From Collinsella sp. (lineage in GTDB: Bacteria; Actinomycetota; Coriobacteriia; Coriobacteriales; Coriobacteriaceae): a DNA stretch of 43,674 nucleotides. The stretch is from positions 1-43,674 of the forward strand of contig DBFNYT010000067.1 in the NCBI GenBank assembly GCA_048425625.1. The letters are read 5' to 3'. Below are positions 10,517 through 19,040 of the stretch, piece by piece (the stretch's first letter is position 1; each line of letters opens with the position of its first letter). Below the pieces are notes generated by a model. That model was not told the DNA's origin and did no database searches. It saw only the letters and a list, made by a program, of their open reading frames with translations. The position numbers were made by a program, and so were the translations under genes.

Positions 10517-10563
10517 AATCTGACATGTCAGATTTCCGAACAATTATGCTCTAATGTTCGGAA
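10517..10563. promoter_or_regulatory. Two adjacent palindromes upstream of larB (candidate operators)
   Basis: Perfect 18-bp AATCTGACATGTCAGATT (10517-10534) and TTCCGAACA-N12-TGTTCGGAA (10534-10563). Confidence 0.6.
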
Positions 10564-10608
10564 ACAACCCTTCGCGTGCTAAACTTTTCTGCGTCGAAGG
10601 GAACTTAT

Positions 10609-11391
10609 ATGGACAAACGAGATCTTGAGCAATTGCTAAGTGACGTGGCAGACGGAAGCATTATGCCGGCCGATGCCCTCACGCGCATCCAGACGGCGCC
10701 GACCGCCGACCTGGGCTTTGCACAGCTCGATCTTTCACGCGGGGTGCGCCAGGGAGCCGGCGAGGTTGTCTACGGTGCCGGTAAAACCGCCGAGCAGATT
10801 GCCGCCATTATCGAGGCGCTGCGCGATGCCGGCCAGGAGCGCATCCTGGTCACGCGCCTGGACAGCGAAAAAGCGGCCCGTACCTCGAAGCTCCTCGACA
10901 ACGGCATCGACCTGGGATATGTCCCGGACGCACAGCTCGCCCTCGTGGGCGGCAAGCCCTCCCCTACCGGCAACGGACGCATCGTCGTCGCCTGCGCCGG
11001 CACAAGCGACCTGCCCGTCGCCGAAGAGGCGGCACTGACGGCCGAGTTCTATGGCAACGAGGTCGACCGCCTCTACGACGTGGGTGTTGCCGGCCTGCAC
11101 CGCCTGCTCGCGCATGCCGAGGAACTTGCACAGGCGCAGGTGGTCATCGCCATCGCCGGCATGGAGGGCGCGTTGGCGAGCATTGTCGGCGGCCTGGTGA
11201 GCTGTCCGGTCATCGCCGTTCCCACCAGCGTGGGCTACGGCGCAAGTTTTGGTGGTGTAGCCGCACTGCTCGCCATGCTCAACTCCTGTGCCAGCGGCGT
11301 ATCGGTCGTCAATATCGACAACGGCTTTGGTGCCGCCTACCAGGCAAGTCTTATCAATCATCTGAGCGCCGGCACACCCCGCGCCCGCTAA
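10609..11391 (+). CDS. larB: Nickel pincer cofactor biosynthesis protein LarB
   Basis: AGTSDLPVAEEA, DVGVAGLHRL, AGMEGAL, AVPTSVGYG, NSCASGVSVVNIDNGFGA. Confidence 0.95.
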   Translation: MDKRDLEQLLSDVADGSIMPADALTRIQTAPTADLGFAQLDLSRGVRQGAGEVVYGAGKTAEQIAAIIEALRDAGQERILVTRLDSEKAARTSKLLDNGIDLGYVPDAQLALVGGKPSPTGNGRIVVACAGTSDLPVAEEAALTAEFYGNEVDRLYDVGVAGLHRLLAHAEELAQAQVVIAIAGMEGALASIVGGLVSCPVIAVPTSVGYGASFGGVAALLAMLNSCASGVSVVNIDNGFGAAYQASLINHLSAGTPRAR

Positions 11392-11401
11392 GGAGCATTC
11401 C

Positions 11402-12313
11402 ATGTCCAATCATCAGCACACGCTTATCATCGACGGCACCTCGGGCATCAGCGGCGACATGACTGTCGCGGCCCTGCTCGACCTGGGCGCCAGCGAGGAG
11501 CACCTGCGCGAACAGCTCGCTACGCTGCCGGTCGACGGCTTTACGATCGCCGTCACGCGTGCAAACAAGCATGGCATCGACGCCTGTGATTTTGACGTCC
11601 AGCTTGCAGAGGAGCTCGAGAACCACGACCACGATATGGCCTGGCTCTACGGCAACGAAGCAGCTGCCGAGCACACGCACGAGCACGAGCACCACCATCA
11701 TGAGCACGACGAGCACAGTCACTGCCACGAACATGATCATAAGGCCCACGGCCATGACCACGAGGGCCATCATCACGCCCACCACCATCATCACCGCTCA
11801 CTAGCCGACGTCGCTGAAATTATCGAGAATTCGCAGATGAGTGATGGCGCCAAGCGTCGCGCGCTCGCCATCTTTACCGCGCTCGCCGCCGCCGAGGCAA
11901 AGGCCCACGGCAAAACGCCCGAGACCGTCATGTTCCACGAGGTAGGCGCCGTCGATTCCATCGTCGACGTCTGCTCTGTCGCCATCTGCCTCGATGACCT
12001 AGGCATTGAGGACATCGTGGTCGAGTCGCTCTCCGAGGGCCACGGCACCATCCACTGTGCCCACGGCCTTATGCCCATTCCCGTCCCCGCTGTCGTCAAC
12101 CTGTGCCAGGCGGGCAATATCGCCCTCACGCCCGCACCGGTCGCCGGCGAGCTCGTGACGCCCACGGGCGCTGCCATCGTCGCCGCACTGCGCACATCCG
12201 AGCACCTGCCGGCTCGCTACCACATCGAAGCCGTCGGCTACGGCGCCGGCAAGCGCCCCTACGAGGGTTGCTCCGGCACGCTCCGTTGTCTACTCGTTCA
12301 CGTGGATGCATAG
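11402..12313 (+). CDS. larC: LarC nickel insertion protein, N-terminal (LarC1) part only, with a long His-rich tract
   Basis: SGISGDMTVAALLDLG, AEAKAHG..FHEVGAVDSIVD, AHGLMPIPVPA, ELVTPTGAA. His-rich segment at 11672-11794. Ends at 303 aa without the C-terminal LarC2 domain. Confidence 0.88.
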   Translation: MSNHQHTLIIDGTSGISGDMTVAALLDLGASEEHLREQLATLPVDGFTIAVTRANKHGIDACDFDVQLAEELENHDHDMAWLYGNEAAAEHTHEHEHHHHEHDEHSHCHEHDHKAHGHDHEGHHHAHHHHHRSLADVAEIIENSQMSDGAKRRALAIFTALAAAEAKAHGKTPETVMFHEVGAVDSIVDVCSVAICLDDLGIEDIVVESLSEGHGTIHCAHGLMPIPVPAVVNLCQAGNIALTPAPVAGELVTPTGAAIVAALRTSEHLPARYHIEAVGYGAGKRPYEGCSGTLRCLLVHVDA

Positions 12314-12315
12314 CC

Positions 12316-12855
12316 ATGGATGCCCGCAAAGAAAAAAGCCGCGCTGCCATCGTTGCAGCGTTCTCCGAGCTGCTGCGCGAAGAGGATTACGGCAAGATTA
12401 CCGTCGGCGACATCATCGCTCGTGCCCATGTTGGTCGGGCCACATTCTACGGCCTCTTTAAGAGCAAAGACGACCTACTGTCCGAGGGCGTGAGCGACAT
12501 CTGCACCCACGCCCTCGACGACGATGGCACACCGCTCGACGACCCACTCGTGCAGGTCGAGCATATCCTCAACAACCTCTGGGAGCGCCGCCAAGGCGTT
12601 CGAGCCCTCGTAGCCGGCGCCGGCTCGCGCGTCTTCGCCGACTGTCTCCGCAAGACCATCATGTCACGAGCAGCCGAAACCGTCCCCGTCGACCCCGCAG
12701 GCCCCGCCGGAACCATGGACCGAAGCTTCCTACTACACCACATAGCCTCAAGCTTCGTTGCCACCGTCCAATGGTGGGCCTGGCACAACTTCGAAGCCCC
12801 AAAAGAGGACGTAGCCAAAGACTACCTATCAGCCATCAAGCCCCTCTTCGGCTAG
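12316..12855 (+). CDS. TetR/AcrR-family transcriptional regulator
   Basis: MDARKEKSRAAIVAAFSELL..ITVGDIIARAHVGRATFY..FKSKDDLL helix-turn-helix. Confidence 0.9.
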   Translation: MDARKEKSRAAIVAAFSELLREEDYGKITVGDIIARAHVGRATFYGLFKSKDDLLSEGVSDICTHALDDDGTPLDDPLVQVEHILNNLWERRQGVRALVAGAGSRVFADCLRKTIMSRAAETVPVDPAGPAGTMDRSFLLHHIASSFVATVQWWAWHNFEAPKEDVAKDYLSAIKPLFG

Positions 12856-12993
12856 ACAGAACCCTCATCCCAATGCTCCGCCCAACCAAAAGCACAACCC
12901 ATCCCAAAGTGCCAACATCAGCCCAACGCCCCCATCAGCAATAAGCCCCTCCCATCCAAATTCAGATATATATGTTGGGTTGCTTGTTCCAAC

Positions 12994-13151
12994 GCGGCTG
13001 AGATCCCGCAGCTGGCCGCATGGGGTAACTCCCCAGCGCATTCCGCAGGACGAAAGAGCCCCCGCCGCACGAAGTGCGCAGCGGGGGCTCTTTCATGTCC
13101 GAGGACGCGCTGGGGAGTTACCCCATGCGGCCAGCGGACAACTATGTAGCC
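12994..13151. repeat. Rod-like structured intergenic element, copy A
   Basis: Perfect 29-bp arms gctggccgcatggggtaactccccagcgc / gcgctggggagttaccccatgcggccagc enclose a conserved internal motif and an inner hairpin; same architecture as 15790-15956. Confidence 0.85.
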
Positions 13152-13156
13152 TCAGA

Positions 13157-13888
13157 CTAGAACATGCCCAAGAAACCGTGCACAAACAGCGCGGCCAGAG
13201 CGGCACCGATAAACGGTGCGATGCCAGGAACAAGCAGGCCGTACTTCCAGTTGTTGTCGGCCTTGTTCTTAATCGGCAGCACCTGGTAGGCCATGCGAGG
13301 ACCAAGGTCACGAGCCTGGTTCATGGCGAAGCCGGTGATGCCGCCCATGCCCATGCCAACGGCCCAAACGATCAGGCCAACGCAGATGGCGAGCATCAGA
13401 ACGTTCTCGCCAGCGCGGCTAGCAGCGGCAAGGATGGCGCTGATGAACACAAAGGTGCAGATAGCCTCGCAGAAGAAGTTACGGGCGTAGTTCGTACCCT
13501 CGGTGGTGGGGTTGGTCGAGAAGATGTTGCGCTGGGCAATAGGGTCGACGACGCCCTCGGAAGCCTTGAACTCATCGGCATACATAAGCCAAGCGATTAC
13601 GGCGCCCACAAAGCCGCCGAGCATATCGGCAATCATGAAGGGGATGCAGCTGCTCCACGGCACCAAGCCGACGATGCACTGGGCAAGCACCATGGCGGGG
13701 TTCATGCACACGGCGCCGCCAAAGACAAACAGGCAGACCGAGATGCCAAAAGACCAGGTGGTGATGGCAAACATGTGGCCGGAGCCCTGATACTTGGTGC
13801 CCTTGAGCACGGTATCGCAGTGCACGCCCACGCCAAAGATGATCATGAGGGCCGTTGCGCCGAATTCGCAGAGGAGTTTGGTAAGCAT
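13157..13888 (-). CDS. larD: MIP/aquaglyceroporin-family lactic acid channel (LarD/GlpF1-like)
   Basis: EFGATALMIIFGVGVHC, NPA and NQARDLGPR motifs; directly downstream of larA. Confidence 0.85.
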   Translation of the reverse strand: MLTKLLCEFGATALMIIFGVGVHCDTVLKGTKYQGSGHMFAITTWSFGISVCLFVFGGAVCMNPAMVLAQCIVGLVPWSSCIPFMIADMLGGFVGAVIAWLMYADEFKASEGVVDPIAQRNIFSTNPTTEGTNYARNFFCEAICTFVFISAILAAASRAGENVLMLAICVGLIVWAVGMGMGGITGFAMNQARDLGPRMAYQVLPIKNKADNNWKYGLLVPGIAPFIGAALAALFVHGFLGMF

Positions 13889-13937
13889 AAAACCTTATCT
13901 TTCTTGTCGGTTATAAACGATTCGTTTAGGCCGCGTA

Positions 13938-15215
13938 CTAGTGCTGCGCGACGACAACGCCCAGGCCATCGGGAATGACGGCCACCTTGGCATCGACACC
14001 CTTCATCTCAAAGGCGAGCTTGAGCGCCTCATCGAGAGTGTTGACCGGCGTCATGTGCATATCCTTGATCATCTGGTGATCGCACAGGTCGGTGACCATG
14101 ATCACAGGGTGATGCGCCAGGATGCGGGCAAAGATCTGGCTCGTCCACTGGTCGGGCAGGGTCTCGTCCTTAGGACGGTCGATGCAGGCACGCTCAAACT
14201 CCGCCGGATCGTTGTCGGCGATGTTGTGATAGAAGCCCTCGCCACCGTGGCCGTCGGCACAACCGGCGACGTCGATGATCACGCCGCCCTCGGGAAGCGT
14301 AGCCTCGGCAGAGCACATGCCCTTCACGGCCTGATAGATGTTCTGGTCGAGCGGGTAGCCGCCGTTAGTGGTGATGGCAATCTCGCACTCAACGGGCTCA
14401 ACGCCGGCAAGGCTCTTCACGAACTCACAGCCGGCCTCGTGCGCCTTGTGAATGTCGCCGGCAAAGGAGCCGATAACCTCATGCTTGCCGTTGAGCACCA
14501 CGTTAAGCACAAAGGCAAGGTGAGCCATCTCGGCAGCGGCAAACATGTCCTCGCTCACGTGGTTGTGGCACAGGTTGCCGGCACGCGAATGGGAATCGTT
14601 CACAAACTGACCGTTGTGGTTGTACATGATGGTCTTGTAGCTGGCGATGCCAGGCAGGACGGACTTGCGGCTACCAGAGAAACCGGCAAAGAAGTGCGGC
14701 TCAATAAAGCCCTCGGCAAGCAGCAGATCGCAATCGGCAGCAATCTTGTTGATGATGCACTCGCCGCCAGAAGGCAGGGTGCCGATCTTTTTCATCATGC
14801 TGTCATCGGTCGCGACGTGCATAACGATTTCCTCGTTGGCAACGATCTCCTCGCCGTACTTGTTGACGAGTTCCTCATGCGTCGACGGACGATGCATACC
14901 CGTAGCAACCAAAATGCGCACGCGAGCCTCGGGCGCAGCGGAATGGATGTGATGCAGCAGAATAGGCATCGTCACACGCGAGGGAACGGGACGCGTATGG
15001 TCGGAGCTAATGATGACGATATCCTTCTTGCCAGCACAAAGCTCCTCGAGCGACGGCGAGCCATAAGGGTTGGCAAGCGACTCCTCTACCAGCTCTTCCT
15101 GCGATTTCGTGGTCTTAAACTCGTTTTGATGACCTTCCATCACACCCGCGAAGTTCTTATCCTCGAGCTCCAGATGCAACGTCTTGTGGTCAAACGGCAG
15201 TTCACATTCAAACAA
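13938..15215 (-). CDS. larA: Nickel-dependent lactate racemase
   Basis: SDHTRP, ATGMHR, EPHFFAGFSGSRKSVLPG, GGYPLDQNIYQAVKG, DQW motifs; TTG start after AAGGAAGAGG. Confidence 0.93.
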   Translation of the reverse strand: MFECELPFDHKTLHLELEDKNFAGVMEGHQNEFKTTKSQEELVEESLANPYGSPSLEELCAGKKDIVIISSDHTRPVPSRVTMPILLHHIHSAAPEARVRILVATGMHRPSTHEELVNKYGEEIVANEEIVMHVATDDSMMKKIGTLPSGGECIINKIAADCDLLLAEGFIEPHFFAGFSGSRKSVLPGIASYKTIMYNHNGQFVNDSHSRAGNLCHNHVSEDMFAAAEMAHLAFVLNVVLNGKHEVIGSFAGDIHKAHEAGCEFVKSLAGVEPVECEIAITTNGGYPLDQNIYQAVKGMCSAEATLPEGGVIIDVAGCADGHGGEGFYHNIADNDPAEFERACIDRPKDETLPDQWTSQIFARILAHHPVIMVTDLCDHQMIKDMHMTPVNTLDEALKLAFEMKGVDAKVAVIPDGLGVVVAQH

Positions 15216-15789
15216 TGACGAGCGCCCTCTTCCTTTTCAACTGACACACTAGATAAACCGTTGGAAGGATACGCCGCTCACCGAAAAACACCACCGTCCA
15301 CCGACTCATTAACACAACGTTCATATTTGACCCACAACAAAACGGCCGCGACCCCAAACGGGACCGCGACCGCCTGTCAAAGACACTATAGACAGGATGA
15401 TTTACGCAGCGCCGAGGCAAACATCTAGCCCGAGACGTACGCACGTAAGCCATTTTGCATAAATGCGTTAATTAATTGCATAAAATGGCGCATGGATTTC
15501 TAGCCGTAACAGGGTAGTGCCCTCCGGAGCGTGCATTTTTGCGAGTATTCAGCATCGCGGGATAAGATTTTGGTGCCAAAAGTATTTCAAAAGGTAGATA
15601 GTCCTCATGGCTCGTCCCATCTGGATGGCATGCGGCGAGAAACCAGCCATATATGAACATCGACAAAGCCCAATCGTCATGCAAAAGCATCAACAGGAGC
15701 CGCGAACGTCACCCATAGCCTTATGCACCAATCTTTGGCTGCTGAAAACTCCGTTTTTTGCACGTCGCCCCAAGCACCACCCTCACCCA

Positions 15790-15956
15790 GCGGCTGATCC
15801 GCCGAAGACCGAGGACGAAGGGACCCGACGGGTTTCCCTCTGAATGCATTCCGCAGCACGAAGCCCCCTTATCCGCAGCTCCGAAGGAGCAGGATAAGGG
15901 GGCTTCAAGTGCGAGGACGCATTCAGAGGGTAACCCGACGGGTCCCGGTGAGAGCC
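15790..15956. repeat. Rod-like structured intergenic element, copy B
   Basis: 28-bp arms gggacccgacgggtttccctctgaatgc / gcattcagagggtaacccgacgggtccc (2 mismatches); same internal motifs as copy A. Confidence 0.85.
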
Positions 15957-15969
15957 ACAGGGCTATCGA

Positions 15970-18795
15970 TTACCCCGTGTTCTGCAGTCCTGCCGAGACG
16001 CCGGTCACAGTCGAAAGAATCAGGCTCATGTACTCGGCCTTCTTCTCCTCGGCCATCTCGTCCTGGTTCATACGCACCTCGCGAAGGGCGCGGACCTGGG
16101 CGATGGACAGGGCGTCGACGTAGGGGTTACGTACACGGACGGCGCAGCCGAGCACGCGACGGCGCTGCAGCGGCCACTCGTCACCGACGATGGCAAGGAC
16201 CCACTTACGCGTGAGCTGCATCTCGGTGAAGACCTTCTCGGACAGATCCTGGCGGTCGCCCAGGTGCAGATACATCTTGGCGATGCGCTGGTCGGTCTTG
16301 GCGATCGACATCTCGATGTTGTCGATAAAGGTGCGGAAGAACGGCCACTCCTGGTAGGCAGCCTTGAGCTGGTCAAGATCGCCAAGCTGCTCGCAGGCGG
16401 TGCCCAGACCGTACCAAGCGGCCAGGTTAATGCGCGCCTGGCTCCAGCTGAAGATCCACGGGATGGTACGCAGGTCATCGAGCGACTTGGCGCCCAGACC
16501 GCGCTTGGCGGGACGCGAGCCGATCGGCAGCAGACCGACCTCGGTCAGCGGCGTCACGGTCGAGAACCACGGTGTAAAGTCCTCGGTGTTCAGCAGGTCC
16601 AGATAGCGTTCGTGGCTTGCAGTGTTGAGCTTCTCGGCCATATCCCAGAACTTCTGCGTGGTCTCGGTGTTGGTCTTCTCGACACTCGGGGCCGACTGCA
16701 AAAGCGTTGCGGCGGCAACGGACTCAACATGGCGCTGAGCCAGCGTGCGGTTGCCGTAACGGGCAAAGATGACTTCGCCCTGCTCGGTGAGCTTAAAGAA
16801 GCAGTTGACCGAACCCTTGGGCTGCGCCAGCACGGCCTTGTTGGCCGGGCCGCCGCCACGGCCCACGGCACCGCCGCGACCGTGCATGAGCACCAGGTCG
16901 ATATCGTTCTTCTCTGCCCACTTGGCGATGCGCTCCTGCGCGGAGTGCAGCGCGAGCATGGCCGTGGTAGGACCGGCATCCTTGGAAGAGTCGGAATAGC
17001 CCAGCATGACCTCCATGCGGCGGTTGGTCTGGGCAAGGCGCTTTTGCACCACGGGCAGCGTAAGCATCTGATCGAGCACGTCGACGCAGCCCTCGAGGTC
17101 CTCGAGCTGCTCGAACAACGGGATCACGTCGAGCTCGGGGACATCCTCCTCGTGTGCAAAGGACAGGTGCGCCAGCTCAAAGACGTCGGCCACATGCTGA
17201 GCGCTCTTGGTAAACGAGATGATGTAGCGGTGCGCCATCTTCTTGCCGTAGCGCTTTTGGATGGAGCCGATAGCGCGGAAGGTATCGATGACCTCGCGCG
17301 TCATGGGCTGCAGGTCGCCATGGATACCGTTCTCGTGGATATCCTTAAGGGCGCGGGCATGCACCACGGAGTGCTGACGGAACTCCATCTCGACCATATG
17401 GAAGCCGAAGGACTCGACCTGCCAGATGATGGTTTGGACCGGGCCGTAGGCAGCACGGACGGCACCGCAGGCGGCCAGCGAACGCTGGACGACGCGCAGG
17501 TCATCCAGGAACTCGTCGGCGCTGTGGTACATGGCGTCGGTGATACGACGGACGGTGGCGTTCAGGCGGTCGGCCATGACGAGCATGACGGCGCGATGCG
17601 GCTCGTGCTCGGAGATCAGCTCGGCGCGGGCCGTGTAACGAGGGCTCATCTCGACCTGATAGTTCCACAGGTTAATGAGCTCGGCCGACGGCTTGCTGTA
17701 GGTAGCCTCGAGCGTGAGGTTGCGGCCGATGTGGCGGCACTTGTCCTCGAGCTTGAGCACCATGTGCGTAAAGTACTTGGCGGCGACCTCACGGCTCACC
17801 TTGGCGGTGACGTTGGGGTTACCGTCGCGGTCGGAACCGATCCAGCTGCCGGGATGGAAGAACGCCGGGCACAGCGGCGGCACAGTACCGGCCTTGTCGC
17901 CCAGCACCCAATCGTCAAAACGACGATAGATAACGGGGATAACGTCGAACAGCGTGTTATCGAAGATGTCGATGATGGTATCGGCTTCCTCGACCGGCGT
18001 GGGCTTCTTGAGCGCGATGGGACTCGTACGCACCAGGGCGTCGATCTCCTGCAGCATATGGCGCTCGTTCTCCACCAGGTCGGAGCCGCCCAGACGCGGA
18101 CGCTCCTCCAGCAGGTTGGAGATACGGCGGATCTTGCCCTCGACGGCCTTACGACGGGCCTCGGTGGGATGTGCGGTAAAGACAGGGTGGAACTCGAGCT
18201 TGTCGAGCAGCTCGTTGGCACCCTCGACACCCAGCTCATTCACCAGCTGGTGATAGGCAACGGTAAGCTCGTTGGCAGGATCGACCTCGGTATCGGTCGA
18301 CGCACCGGCCTCGCGCTCGCGCAGCTGCGCCACACGGTAGTTCTCCTCCGACAGGTTTGCCAGATGGAAAAAGCTCGTAAAGGCGCGAACGATGACCTGC
18401 TGCTTATCGAGCGGCAGGCTGTCGATCAAATCGACGACCTCACGAAATGCCACGGCAGTGGGCTCGTCGGCGGTGGGCACGCCCTGCTCGTCGACGGCTT
18501 CGTCGGCAGCGCAGGTACCGGGGTTGCCGGCATTGACCACAATCTCGGCTGTCAAAATCTTGTCGAACAGGTCCGCGATCTCGGGATCATACTCGCTAAG
18601 CACACGGCGCTCCAGGCGCAAGAACAGCGCCAGATTGTCGCGCAGCTCCTCGGGGATCTCGATCTCGGCGAGACGCTCCCTGGACTCGGCATTCGAGCCG
18701 ATTCGGTTAACGAGGCGGTTGACCACGGCAGCGACGCGCGCCGCGGCTTCGGGTACAGACTGGTTGCTTAGGTTCTCAGCCACGTTTCCTCCCAT
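15970..18795 (-). CDS. ppc: Phosphoenolpyruvate carboxylase
   Basis: VFTAHPTE, GSWIGSDRDGNPNVT, VMLGYSDSSKDAG, HGRGGAVGRGGGP, LRTIPWIFSWSQAR, C-terminal GLQNTG. Confidence 0.97.
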   Translation of the reverse strand: MGGNVAENLSNQSVPEAAARVAAVVNRLVNRIGSNAESRERLAEIEIPEELRDNLALFLRLERRVLSEYDPEIADLFDKILTAEIVVNAGNPGTCAADEAVDEQGVPTADEPTAVAFREVVDLIDSLPLDKQQVIVRAFTSFFHLANLSEENYRVAQLREREAGASTDTEVDPANELTVAYHQLVNELGVEGANELLDKLEFHPVFTAHPTEARRKAVEGKIRRISNLLEERPRLGGSDLVENERHMLQEIDALVRTSPIALKKPTPVEEADTIIDIFDNTLFDVIPVIYRRFDDWVLGDKAGTVPPLCPAFFHPGSWIGSDRDGNPNVTAKVSREVAAKYFTHMVLKLEDKCRHIGRNLTLEATYSKPSAELINLWNYQVEMSPRYTARAELISEHEPHRAVMLVMADRLNATVRRITDAMYHSADEFLDDLRVVQRSLAACGAVRAAYGPVQTIIWQVESFGFHMVEMEFRQHSVVHARALKDIHENGIHGDLQPMTREVIDTFRAIGSIQKRYGKKMAHRYIISFTKSAQHVADVFELAHLSFAHEEDVPELDVIPLFEQLEDLEGCVDVLDQMLTLPVVQKRLAQTNRRMEVMLGYSDSSKDAGPTTAMLALHSAQERIAKWAEKNDIDLVLMHGRGGAVGRGGGPANKAVLAQPKGSVNCFFKLTEQGEVIFARYGNRTLAQRHVESVAAATLLQSAPSVEKTNTETTQKFWDMAEKLNTASHERYLDLLNTEDFTPWFSTVTPLTEVGLLPIGSRPAKRGLGAKSLDDLRTIPWIFSWSQARINLAAWYGLGTACEQLGDLDQLKAAYQEWPFFRTFIDNIEMSIAKTDQRIAKMYLHLGDRQDLSEKVFTEMQLTRKWVLAIVGDEWPLQRRRVLGCAVRVRNPYVDALSIAQVRALREVRMNQDEMAEEKKAEYMSLILSTVTGVSAGLQNTG

Positions 18796-19040
18796 TCCTC
18801 CTTCTATGCACGTAACATGCGGTATTCATTATAGGCGCTTGAGAAATACTTTCGACACTGATTGCGCTTTACCACACAAAAGTATTTTCTGCATTGCAAA
18901 GGTTTTTGCCCTAAATGGTCGTATTTCTCGGTGGGCGGCATACGTAAACGGGGGCATTCCGCATAAAAGCGAAACACCCCCGTAACAATCGCTCTCCATG
19001 AGCAGGGCACGTTAGCAGGCCCGAAGCTCAAAAAGATGCG

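Noticed and set aside
12103..12315. Frameshift extension of larC into the TetR reading frame
   Set aside because: The upstream part of that ORF is not LarC2-like, no slippery site is evident, and TetR has its own ATG at 12316.
15790..15830. Hammerhead-ribozyme-like words (CTGAT...GACGAA) in element B
   Set aside because: The CUGANGA and GAAA core is not correctly formed and no compatible three-stem junction was found.
16264..18771. 835-aa plus-strand ORF, and similar long antisense ORFs over feoB, larA, hisS, the amidohydrolase, htpG and phoR
   Set aside because: They fully overlap well-supported genes on the opposite strand and are typical high-GC shadows.
18948..18983. Third copy of the rod-like element (contains gcattccgca)
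   Set aside because: Only a 10-nt match inside a short hairpin; it lacks the CGAGGACGC partner motif and the long arms.
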